The notes under the pieces: model-generated
Seen by the model: only the letters and a program-made list of their open reading frames with translations
Databases searched by the model: none
What the model was told of the DNA's origin: nothing
Program-made: the position numbers and the translations under genes
Shown: positions 1-11,296 of the stretch, piece after piece
Position numbering within the stretch: the stretch's first letter is position 1
Layout: every line of letters starts with the position of its first letter
From: Epiperipatus broadwayi
Lineage: Eukaryota; Animalia; Onychophora
Length of the DNA: 64,000 bases
Direction of reading: 5' to 3'
NCBI GenBank assembly: GCA_028023455.1
Contig: JAQFVV010000007.1
Coordinates: forward strand, 9,362,001 to 9,426,000

Positions 1-561
1 AAAGCAATGAATTAATTAAAAGCACAAAAAATCCTGCATTAAAGCATAAACAACCATATGACAGATTAATGCTATGTATAGAAATCAAAAATAAAAACTA
101 GAAGCCATATTGCATTTACAAAAATGTAAATCCTTTAAAAATATTGCCAACATTTTAGAAATCGATTTTTAAAAAAAAATTGCAAAACAACACTCAATAT
201 TTCCAGCAGTGCATCTTACGCCTCAACTCCACAGACTATAGCCATCAATGAGTGCAGAAACATTATCCTCTCCTCACTATGTATGCACTTTATCAACAAT
301 CTTCATTCATCAGAGAAACGTTGCAATATAATAAAGTTGGTTGCATTGATTAAAAAAAATTGAAAATATCTCTATAAGAGAACTTGTGTCTTTTATATAT
401 GTATATATAAAAACACAATGCAAGAGAATAAAATGATAATTTTCAGATTTTTAAACTTGTATCTTCATCATTACTTTTTTTCACATAAAAATTCCAACTT
501 TTATGCATACTTAATATGTTTATGTATTTAAATATATACATAGCACATTGATATACTAATA

Positions 562-920
562 CTCCTCATCAACCATTATCAATCCACTGCAGGATGAAGG
601 TCCCCCCGAATTTAATCCATCTCTGATCTTTAGCTTCTCTTCTCCACAGCACCCCTGCACACTTTCTTATTTCATCCATCTCACATGTGGTCTCTTTCTG
701 GGTCTTTTACAATCTCTTGGAATCCAGTTTAAGATTTCAATTGTCCATCTATTATCATCTCTTCTAACAATATGTCCAGCCCAACTCCCACTTCAGTCTT
801 TTAATTTTTTCAATGAAGTCAGTAATACCTGTTTGCTCTCTTACCCATATATTGCATTTTTGATCTCTTCTTGTTATTCCCAACATGCATCTTTCCATAC
901 TTCTTTGAGAGATCCATAAG
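562..920 (-). mobile_element. RTE-clade LINE, 3' fragment (family RTE-1)
   Basis: Minus-strand translation gives the RTE C-terminal pattern WSWAGHIVRRDDNRWT..ILNWIPRDCKRPRKRPHVRW.DEIRK, ending ILQWIDNG-stop with a gatgag-like tail. Alignable by eye to copies at 3513 and 19901. Confidence 0.85.
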
Positions 921-1147
921 TAAGAACTGGTAAAACACATTTATTAAAAACCTTCCTTTTCAAACACATAGGCATATTTCCTTTTAATATCAAGTTATTT
1001 CTACTCATAGTTGTATATTTATATATTGGACTATTTCCATCATCTAATATTAAATATTGGATATCTTTAGAAAAATTTAACTTTATTTAAATTTTCCAAT
1101 TACATTCAATTCTTAATAATAGTACACACATCATGCACATTTCAAAT

Positions 1148-1413
1148 GGTATTATTCTTAGCTCTTCTTCAGCTGTTGCTGGTCTGACCAATGACAGTAT
1201 TAGCATAGGAATTGAACCTGGATTTTTAGATTCTTGACTATTGAATTTTAATGCACTGCTCTAATCAACTCTAAGGTTTGATTCCCATGCTAGTACTATC
1301 ACTGGTCAGGACAGCAATACCTGAATATGAGAAGAGAATAATACCACTGGTGTATATACAAATAAAATACCATCATCACAAACCTTCCAGAGTACATTAA
1401 CATTCATGTATTA
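1148..1413. mobile_element. tRNA-headed SINE (family E) inserted as a tail-out inverted pair with a 12-bp TSD
   Basis: Left arm (minus, ~1148-1270) and right arm (plus, ~1273-1345) are reverse-complementary. B-box-like GGTTCAATTCC and GGTTTGATTCC are present. Body matches the plus copy at 24843. CACATTTCAAAT occurs at 1136-1147 and 1414-1425. Confidence 0.7.
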
Positions 1414-1939
1414 CACATTTCAAATTGTAAAAATAACCCAATTAAACATTATTAACATTATTTTTAAAGGAATTTGACCCACATTAATCACAAGTTGAAT
1501 CTTTACCACTATTTTATAAAGAGCCAGCCCCCAAAAGACTCTCATAAAGCAAATTATATTGAGATGGTGACAAATGATAACAAACTAACACTGATGATGA
1601 TCAAGTATTATTCTTTTGATTGTAGAACTTTGTTAGCTAACAAATCAGCCTGCCTTCAAGCTAAGAACTTGTCATACATATTCAGCTAATGTAAGTATAA
1701 ATTAATTTTAATAGTGTTTCATTATATACTGTTTTGTCTTATTTTATTTTTTGATGTAAAAGATACATTAAAGTTTAGACATAGCTCAAAATATTGAGAT
1801 GGTCAAACTGTGTTTAAAACATGAGAAGCAGTTGCCAATTTCCATTAAGTATTATCGCTTATTAGTTTCTAAGATGCCATTTGATTTTCACTTCTAACAC
1901 AAGCAAATTGCAATCACTATTTTATAGTTAAGTTACAAA

Positions 1940-2192
1940 AGAGAGTGGAGTAGATTAAAACCTATCTATTAAAGTGTGAAGATTTGCTATCTTAATATAA
2001 ACCAAGCACTGATTATATATGTGTGGGAGATGATGATCTGGACTAACTGATGAGTCCTGATCCAGCTTGAACTATGTATATTGTAGATCATTTATCTTTT
2101 TGACATGCATGTGGTTATGTGTATTGCTTGTATAAGATAGAGTGGATGGCTGAAGGGAGTTTGAAAGTCTGAGTTCAAATCCCTTATATTAC
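1940..2192 (+). mobile_element. HHR repeat family B, degenerate copy
   Basis: Aligns with 46154-46634 and 57895-58105. CTGATGA at 2047-2053, with stem II and GAAA decayed. Ends in the family motif GAAAGTCTGAGTTCAAATCCCTTATA. Confidence 0.7.
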
Positions 2193-2620
2193 ATCTAGAC
2201 ACCAGGTATATAAAATATAATTGTATTTAAAATATTAAAAATCAAAATAAAAGATCAAGCCTCAATTCCACCTGATATTTATTCGACTCCACTGAACCTT
2301 CTCCCAAAATTGCCAATTTATAATCAAAGATTAAACAATCATCTAACTGTATATATTTAATATAAATAATTATATTACATCATGTGATAATATAAATTTG
2401 TATAAAATTTAAAAATATGTATAATCAAAAAACTTTTTTTTAGTTAATTATATAAATATCACATTAGTATCATTCAACCTATGTACTTCTAATATGTAAC
2501 ACATCACTAAAGCCATTATTCTTTGGGTTTGTTCAATAGCATTATGTTAAAAATATTACTACTTAATTATAGTATTTTAGTGCTTAATTTCTGCAATTTG
2601 CCTTTAAAATAGAGAATTTA

Positions 2621-2726
2621 GTCAAGCGTTGTTAGCCGAGAGGTTATTGCACCCACCTTGCAAGCAAGTAGTTGGTTGCAGATGGGTGTGGGTTTGTGTC
2701 CTGGCCGATGCTATGACATATGAAAA
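2621..2726 (+). mobile_element. tRNA-Gly-derived short SINE (family G) with A-tail and 15-bp TSD
   Basis: GTCAAGCGTTG...CTGGCCGATGCTATGACATATG(A)n. AAAATAGAGAATTTA flanks it at 2606-2620 and 2727-2741. Shares head and tail with 16214 and 37508. Confidence 0.75.
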
Positions 2727-3512
2727 AAAATAGAGAATTTACATAAAATATTTATAAACTAGCACACATTTGATGATAACAGCTTTTAATCTGACATAAA
2801 TGACAAATTTCAAAGACATTCACTGTAAAAAATTGACTGATAACCTTTTTTTAAAAAAAAAACAATTTTCTTAATATAAAATATAAAGTCTAGAATAAAA
2901 AATAGTTGGAAAATAAAACATTTTTTAGAAAGTTTATATAAATCATAGATTACAATAAAGTATATTTACTACAGATCCTTGTGCAATATTTTTAATTGTT
3001 GTAGGCTTACAAATAGTTACATTTAATATTTATGAGAGGAAGTGTAATTTAAAATTATAATAATTTAACAATATGGAACTAATAAAATAAAAATAATAAA
3101 TAACTTTAGCATCAAAACACTTTTTTTTTTTTTCATTCTTGATTTCTGAGGACCCTGGTGTAGTATTTTTAATTATTGGAATTTGTTTTACTCAGCTTTA
3201 AAAAATGTAATTATTCAATATTTGGGGAGGGGAGCTCTATATAAAAGTACTTTTGTAAATTTAAATTGAGATTCGACCTAACATCAAATTAACTAAATAA
3301 CATTAATATTTACTTCTAATCCTGTAAATATTTCAGTTTTTGTTTTTTTACAAATTAAATAAAATTTTGAATTAATAAACAATTTTAAAATGTTTTTCCA
3401 CTTCAAATTGTCTTCATGGTCTACATCTAACAAATTAGAAAGCAGGAATAACTCATAAAAGTTCAAACTTGCTACTTCTTGAATTTGATGGTTTTAAATT
3501 TCATATTTATTT

Positions 3513-3862
3513 CAGAGTACTTGCCCAGATATGGACAGATATATGTTAGCAGTAACATGAAGAGATCATAAATGAAATACATAAGGGAGAGAACAAACAG
3601 GTGTTACTGCTATCTTTGAAAGAATTAACAGACTAAAGTGGAGTTGAACTGGACATATTGCTAGAAGAGATCTTAAGCCACTTTCTACAAAAGACTAAAA
3701 GATCTAGAAAGAGACCGCATGTGAGATGGATGGATGGAATAAGGAAATGTGCTGGGATGATGTGGAGAAGAAAGGCTAGAAATCAGAGAAGATGGACTGA
3801 ACTTGAAGATAGCTTCATCCTGCAGTGGATCAGTAATGGTTGAAAATGATGGTGATAATGAC
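3513..3862 (+). mobile_element. RTE-clade LINE, 3' fragment (family RTE-1)
   Basis: ORF 3658-3843 contains KRSRKRPHVRWMDGIRKCAGMMWRR...FILQWISNG, followed by a (GAT)n-like tail. Confidence 0.85.
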
Positions 3863-4164
3863 ATACCCAGAAGTTGAAGATGAAACATTAAGAAAGTATA
3901 ATATAGATAAACCGAAAAATAATATTTTTATATATTTGCAAGTTTTTGTTTTTAATCAGTGCATCTTACATTTTTTAATTCATTCCTATCACAACAATCC
4001 ATTAACCCAAAAGCCAACCCAACCTCTTGCAATATAGATACATTAAAACCCACTTTTTCAAGTAGGCCATATAGCACTTACAATTTAACTTTATATATAT
4101 ATTATTTTTAGAGATATTTGAACTTTATATATATATATGCATTTAAACACATTTCAAACATCTA

Positions 4165-4278
4165 TTACATCACACATTACTGAAACATATGCTCAAAAAC
4201 ATGTGAAAAAGATAAATGATGCCCAAGATGCGCTTTCATGCTGAACCAATACTCATCGGTCGGCTTAGATCACAATCT
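4165..4278 (-). mobile_element. HHR repeat subfamily B' fragment
   Basis: Minus strand reads CCGA-CCGATGA-GTATT GGTTC AGCAT-GAAA-GCGC-ATC-TTGG (core at 4253-4259, U4 to C). Aligns with 44581-44680. Confidence 0.65.
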
Positions 4279-6001
4279 CTTATGCATGCATATCTTCATT
4301 ATTTGTTCAGTATGGTCTCAAATTTTCTGCTTCACAACTTTGATGCAAACTACTTTATGGAAATATATTAATAACTTTCATTAATCATTTATTGAACTAG
4401 ACATTATCACTAATCCAAATATATACTTTTAAGTCTCGCTGAATAAATAATATGCTTGCAGTGTTATACAGATATCAATATTGCTAAAGAATATTCCTGT
4501 ATATATACATAATGTTTGTATACACAATGAAAAAGCAGATATCATTAATATCACTAAGCGTAAAGTTAAAGCAACCTTTAAATAGCCCACTGAAACGCAA
4601 AAGTGTATCCAACGGCCCTTCGTAAATAATAGTGAAGAAGAAAGCAATATTCCCTAGGATTATCTTCTACCGGACGAGGACAGTCTACCATTTTGGTTTT
4701 TACCTTGTAGGTAACAATCTAAATTATTTTGAAAAATAAATCTGGTGATTAAACACTGAATGAAATTTTAATAAATCTTTTATGCTTAAAAATCAGTAGG
4801 TTTTAATTTATTTCCTCTTACAAGTAAAAATACATGCAACTTATATATATATTTTTACGTCCCTCTCCCATTCAAAAATTAATGTTATTTTTAAAACTAT
4901 ATTAATTTCAGTTTGGAAGCATTTCCATCAAATATTACCACTAAAATAAATTATGGTAGCAAAAAAAGAAGAAATAACATTTTTTTTGTAGACAATTTAA
5001 CTGAAAATGAATATATAGAGTTCTCTCGTCGATTTCTTGTAAATAAAAACCCTCTAATTCCATTCTAAACAAAGAAAGACAGGTTATTAATGTTTTCACC
5101 TGAGATTTAAAGTACACAATTTTTTTTTCTTGCTCTCCTAGATTTGCTGGAGGCAAAACATGAACCCGCCTTTTCAAAAGAATACAGAGTTTAGAACAGG
5201 AATTTTGCTTGAATGGTTTTTTTTTTTAATAATAATAATAATAATGTAGATAATTATAATCAATTTTAAATTGAGTTTTTGACAGTTTATTTGTCAAATC
5301 GACTACGGTTATAAGAACGTCTAAAGCCGAGGTACTTTTCCTAGCAACAGACAGAGGGATTCTCCTGACATTATTAATCCCATATACCAGATGTTGCGAC
5401 GGGTGTTAAAGAAAACCGAATTAAGAATCTTAGCAAACTACAAGTTGGAATTATCACAAAAACGAAAAAAAAAACATATATATAATACTTTTACTATACT
5501 GTAATTCATTATAAGTAATATGTTTAAGTTTAAAAACAACAGGATAAAAATAAACAAGCTATAATTATATAAAATCAATAAAATTAGTCAATGTTATAAA
5601 TGATATTTTAAATGCTTTCTTTTTTCAAAAATTATATGCGGTAATGGAAAAAGTTTACAACTCAAATGTTTAAAAAGAAATGATGGAAAGAAAAAATACA
5701 TAGAAAGCTAATACAATTTTATTTATCATATATATATATATAAGATGTTAATTACATTGCAATATTTCAATTTCCTGGACGATTTGGACTCGTCTTGAAA
5801 AGAGGGGGTTGACAGTTTATTCAATTGAATAAATTGTTCTCAGCCTGTCATTTCCGGAACAATTCAACTGTACACTTATATATATTGGCATATAATTCCT
5901 TTGCGATAACAATTAATTTTAAAAATATCCTTCTTCCAATCAAAGACAGAATAATTCATTAAACTTATAATTCCAAATTCACCACTTCCTTTATTTATAT
6001 A

Positions 6002-6118
6002 TCATAATTCTGAAGAAGACTGCAGAACAGTCGAAACGTAAGATTGTGTGTGCATATATGTACAATAAAAGTTTTTTGCTAAAAAGTGTTTAAAGTAGAG
6101 TGGATAAATAGTATTTAT
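6002..6118 (+). mobile_element. HHR-like repeat family C, single arm
   Basis: CTGAAGA-A-GACTG CAGAA CAGTC-GAAAC at 6010-6037, followed by the family body TACAATAAAAG..GCTAAAAAGTG..AGTAGAGTGGATAAAT shared with 7672 and 29765. Confidence 0.7.
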
Positions 6119-6249
6119 ATGTGAACTTTTATATTTATACATCAACAAGTTTACTGTTTTTACACTGATATATGTATACTGTTTGATATTACACTGACAT
6201 ACAAGGATCAGATGTGCTCTATCCATGACTTTGCCAACATGCTTTCAAA

Positions 6250-7230
6250 ATAAATACATTAATAATTATTCTCAATCATTTATTAAGCTACGATTATCAT
6301 ATCATTTCTAGCCTAGATATTACTTCAAACTTATTGTCTTTGCTGTAAGTTGATTTTCAAGTGCCAATTTTTCTGCACTCACAACTTTAACATCATCTAA
6401 TTCAGATAAGAATATCATATCATTTCTAATCCAGATATACATTTCAAATTTCTGACTTCAATTCAAATCGATATACAAGTAACAAACTTTCCACACTCAG
6501 AACTTAGACATCATCCATTTCAGATAAATACATTAATTATTATTACCAATCATTTATTAGACTAGAGATTATCATATCATTTCTAATCCAGATATAAACT
6601 TTAAATTATTGATTTTACTATGAGTTGATTTACATGTGTCAAAAATTCTGCACTCACAACTTTGTCTCTATCCATTTCAGATACATACATTAATGATTAT
6701 TATTTATTTTATTAAAATAGAGATTATTATATCATTCTTAGACCAGACATAAACTTTATCTATTATCTTTACTACAGTTTGACCTACAAGTGTCAAACTT
6801 TATGCACTCAGAACTTTGATACCATCATCTTCATATAAATACTTTAATGATTATTACTAATCATTTATTAGAATAGAGATTATCATATCATTTCTAGCTC
6901 AGATACAAACATCATACTATTGACTTTATTGCAATTTGGTTTACAAGTGTCAATCTTTCTTCACTCACAACTTTGGCATCATCCATTTCAGATAAATACA
7001 TTAATTATTATTACCAATCATTTATTAGACTAGAGATTATCATATCATTTCTAATGCAGATATAAACTTTAAATTATTGATTTTATTATAAGTTGATTTA
7101 TAAGTGTCAAACTTTCTGCACTTACAACTTTGACTTCATCCACTTCAGATACATACATACATTAATGATTATTACCATTTATTTTATTAAACTAGAGATT
7201 ATTATATCATTCTTAGACCAGATATAGACA
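6250..7230. repeat. Tandem array, ~156-bp unit x ~6, with 3-unit higher-order periodicity
   Basis: Motif (G)CACTCACAACTTT recurs near 6375, 6493, 6649, 6802, 6961 and 7118. The stretches from 6521 and from 6989 are nearly identical (~468-bp period). Confidence 0.9.
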
Positions 7231-7671
7231 TTAGACTTCAGTTAAAGATTAATATAACTGTTTTTAATTAGATAAATACATGGAATCATTTATGCTTTTC
7301 AAGTTTCTTTATTTAACCACATAGTGAAATTTAAAAAAATTATTACTGAAATAACTATATAGTAGGGTGATTTCATTTCTCTAAAACTTATTATAGCAAT
7401 TTTATTGGTAAATACATATAACTGGAGATAACTTAAGTTATCTAGATGTTTCGCATGCTGTGGCTGTTTTTATAAATAATGTTTCAGAGTTTCAGGAAAT
7501 GTTCTAAAAGCCAACCCAAGATGAAACTAATGATGCAAAAATAATGTTTACTAGCTTTTCAAAAAAGATGAAAATAAAGATTGATAATAATGACTAAGAA
7601 ATTAAAACCAAGAAATAATTTTTTACCAAATTCACCACTTCCTTTACTTTACTGTAATATGTTATATAAAT

Positions 7672-7828
7672 ATAATTTATCCACTACTTTGAACATTTTT
7701 TAGCAAAAACCTCTTATTGACATATGTTTCAACTGTCCTGCAATCTTCTTCAGAGCCACTTTTATTTTAATTTAAAAAAAAAAAATGAAATGTAGATCAA
7801 TAAAAGGTTTTTGCTAAAAAGTATTCAA
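7672..7828. mobile_element. HHR-like repeat family C, palindromic copy
   Basis: Arms AATTTATCCACTACTTTGAACATTTTTTAGCAAAAACC and GGTTTTTGCTAAAAAGTATTCAAATTAGTGGATAAATT. Minus-strand core CTGAAGA-A-GATTG CAGGA CAGTT-GAAAC-ATAT-GTC at 7719-7753. Confidence 0.75.
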
Positions 7829-7949
7829 ATTAGTGGATAAATTGTAAGAAATAGTTTAGTTAGCATATTTAAAAAATAAAAAAATAATGAATGAAATTAT
7901 CATAGAATTAATTTTAGATAAAATGCCATTAAAAGAAAATATGCCTTTG

Positions 7950-8310
7950 AATTAGAAAAGGAAAGTTTTTTTAAAAAAACTGTGTGAATTTGAGATTTAG
8001 ACACTTAATAGTGTTACAGACATTTCAGACTACTCAGTAAAGTATGAAGAAATGCATGGTGTGAATATAAGAAAGGATTGAAAGCAGAAAGGTAACAATG
8101 CCTTCCATTAAAAATTAAGAGGATGGCATGAAATTGTGCTAGATATACTAAACAAAAAGATGATAGAGGATGGAAAATTAAAGGCCTAGAAGTAACGCAG
8201 ATATGAGATGGATAGTTGAAATAAGAACATTTGTTGATGTGATGTGAAATTATGCATTGGAGAAACAGAATTTAAGTTAAAGAGAGCTTCTACTTGTAGT
8301 AAATTGATAA
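7950..8310 (+). mobile_element. Heavily decayed RTE 3' fragment
   Basis: Residual similarity to the RTE-1 tail (GATATGAGATGGATAGTTGAAATAAGAACATTTGTTGATGTGATGTG) with many stops and indels. Confidence 0.5.
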
Positions 8311-9384
8311 TAAACGTAAAAATTCTAATAATATTAATATTTTATTTTATAACATGCTAAATACATAATATATTTATTTGCATTCTTGAATTTCTCTAAG
8401 TTTTGTTTTGTATTCTTAATAGCCTAAATTATTACTTCAATTTAAATACCAAAAATATTTTTTTGAAGTTGTTTAAAAAATTTAATGGTTTATTGCTTGG
8501 AAGGCAATAAAATGTAAGAACTCTGTAACATCACAAAATGTCCAATATGCAGAATAATGGACCAGCATGTTTTATATGTGAACATTTTTGTATTTTAAGA
8601 TTCATTTGTTTAATCTTCACAAAACTCATCTCAAATGTAGTATTTTTCTTTTTTTTTTTTTGTCATTTGGGACTAAAATGGCCACACTCATTTGTCAGGG
8701 TGTGATGGTTATGACAACAAACAAAAAGAATTTCAGTTGCTCCAATTCATTTTAACTATATTAAAAATTCTATTTAAATTAATTTACATTTTCTCTTACA
8801 AATGTAATTTTTAATTTAAAAACAAATAAAAAAATAACTAGTTTAAAAACCTACTTAATCCATTGCTATATTCAAATGTAACATGCAGTTCATTATATTA
8901 ATAGATCAGTAGACATAAATTCAAGTAATTTAATAATCACTTGAGTATATAATAATAAGAATAGTCCAGGTACTCTAATGCCACATGACCTCCAATGCAA
9001 TTAACCCATTTGATATATCCAAACAAAAATATTTTAGAATAATTTGGACTGGTACAAAGTATACATAATAAAATAGCTGCTCATCACTATAAAATATTTG
9101 TAAATCTAGATATGAATCCTACGGACATCAAGTGCTATGAAAATTATATATCAAATATGTTCAAAATAGCTGACGTGTCAATATTTGAAAATAATACAGA
9201 ACATGCATAAATAATAAGAACAAAAATATGTGTCACTGTTTAAATTGAGAGTTGATTGTTGCGAAACATAAAAATAAATTTTAAAAACAATGACAGGATA
9301 AATATATATTGCTGTGGTGTTGACAGATCATATGGAAGGAGTTAGCTTTATGATTTTTCAGAAGTAATACAATAAAAATAGTAT

Positions 9385-9510
9385 CTTGTGTAATTTAGTG
9401 CAATGGTAGAATACTGGACTCTGGATCTCAAAATCTGTGAATCACAGACAAAAATCTATGGTTGTATGAACTCCCAAGCAATAAACCATTCAATTGTTAT
9501 TATAGATTGC
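9385..9510 (+). mobile_element. tRNA-like SINE family F, decayed
   Basis: Head GTAATTTAGTGCAATGGTAGAA (A-box-like) and tail TATGAACTCCCAAGCAATAAA, with related segments at 15850, 18980, 20845, 23830 and 43565. Confidence 0.45.
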
Positions 9511-10176
9511 TAGAATTTATTTTAATTAAAAATTCTAATTTAGTGAACTCTTATCACTTTGCCCCCATTACTCTTCATTTTACTGCATATTTCATCTGCT
9601 CTTTTTGGTTCCAGTATTTATTCCACACAAATAACATTTCCAACTGTCAAACAGTCATTTCTTCATACTGATCAGAAATACATTGCAGTCCTGACACATG
9701 TTTTTTTTTAAGCATTTTTGATATAATATATAGTAATTTTGTTCTCCATCCTTTTATTAGGATAAAGCATCGACCTGTAAACATTACTGCTGATAATATT
9801 GTATCATTGTGGGCATTACAAGTACTCACTTTTGAGTTTTAATTCACTGAAAGAGCTCCTATGCTTATTCATATATCCCCAATCTTTAATCTATCTTATT
9901 CCACCTACAATATAATATACAATTTATTAAATAAAAAAAGATAGTGAACTAAAGTTTATTAAACTTTGCAACAATTCATAAAAAAATAAATATTGAATAT
10001 TCTCCTTTTCTTTCATTAATTTTTCTATATTAATTATACTACTACTAATATAGATAATTAAAACAATTTTTATGCACTTTCCATACTGCACAACTTAATC
10101 ATCCTTGCAAAATCGCTTAAAGTTTCAACTGTTCAGTCATCCTCAGAGTTGTAATATGCACACTATATTCAAAAAT

Positions 10177-10415
10177 ATCACATGATTACCATTTTCTGTG
10201 ATTACATAAGATTTTATATAATATCTTAAGATCTAGATGCAATGTTCTCAAATATAAGACTTCTCACTGATGAAAGCCACAAGATAAAAACTTGTCCAGG
10301 GACATTGGATGAGTAGGCACTAGATAGGTTTTTATGTACAAACCTTCTTGCATCCATTAATTATTAAGGCTTGCACTGGGTGGCATTACTTTATGGAGAG
10401 TTTGCTACTGTTTTA
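10177..10415. mobile_element. HHR family A insertion (core decayed), 12-bp TSD
   Basis: Short minus-sense stub ATCACATGATTACC, then plus-sense arm with CTGATGA at 10267-10273 (GAAA mutated). ATATTCAAAAAT at 10165-10176 and 10416-10427. Confidence 0.85.
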
Positions 10416-11204
10416 ATATTCAAAAATGTATGTTTTAATATGTATAAAAAATTTGTTTTGCATATGCTATTATTTATTCATAATTATTGAAACAGTCAGT
10501 TTTATCCACCCGCCTGTTTCATGTATTTTACCCCCACATCTATCTATATGCCAGGTTTAAACCCTCTCAAAGTACCCATTTAAACAACTTAAATTACTAT
10601 ATATGCAAAATCACATATATATATGCGAACGGTAAGTCTGTAATTTAATAGTATATGTATATATTACAGATATGTATTCATTTTATAAATATTTCTAGTT
10701 TAAGAAATATTTTTGTTTAAATTATTTAGCCAATTTTATTATGTTATTGAAATCGCATCTGTGTATAAGCCATTTCCGTTGTTATTCTGCATGTATGGTA
10801 ATAAAATTAGTTTTCTACTAATTATCAAAGTAACTTTTCCAAAATAACTTTTGATTTTTGTAAACAACTTTTAAATGAGGTCACGCAATAGTCCTAAAAT
10901 AGCGTGAACTCAATTTTATAAATCTAAAATGTTAATAACAATTTTGCAGAATTTTATAGTATTGTCACAATAAACAGCAGAGGGAGGGAGCAGAAAAACA
11001 AAATCTAAATTAGTTGTCATAATTAAAAATGTTTTTCTAAAATAAATAAATGCGGACAAGCTTGTAAAATTAAACAGGTGGCCAGAGTTGGAAAGGTATA
11101 GTTTTGTCACCAAGAATCGATCATATATATAATAAGTGAATCGTAAGCAGAATGCATGTTCGTTTCACCTTCAAAATGTCAGAGTAAGTTAGGCGACCCC
11201 TTAC

Positions 11205-11296
11205 CTCTCGCTCCTTGCCAGGGAATGGCAAAGAACTTTGGTCCGACAAAATATAATGCCATACACCAGCAAAACAGCCCATGGAAAAACCTCCAT
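11205..11296 (-). CDS. Putative first coding exon encoding a signal-peptide-like N-terminus (MEVFPWAVLLVYGIIFCRTKVLCHSLARSE, phase-2 intron)
   Basis: ATG at 11296, hydrophobic core, strong donor AG|GTAAGG at 11204. Upstream acceptor TTTTCATTGCAG at 11356 defines a 151-nt exon (11205-11355). Local CpG retention. Downstream exons not found. Confidence 0.5.

Noticed and set aside
270-320. Minus-strand CTGATGA (also plus-strand hits at ~1592, 26840 and 63004, and minus at ~13551) as hammerheads
   Set aside because: No convincing stem II with GAAA and no stem I or III pairing, so these are chance heptamers or too decayed to support.
6250-7230. Tandem arrays (also 17298-17985 and 59920-60375) as CRISPR-like repeat-spacer arrays
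   Set aside because: Whole units are homologous with no unique spacers, there are no cas-like ORFs, and the context is eukaryotic.
9830-9904. Minus-strand exon with GTGAGT donor as exon 2 of the signal-peptide gene
   Set aside because: All three frames from the best acceptor contain stops, and the open alternative needs a purine-rich, poor acceptor.
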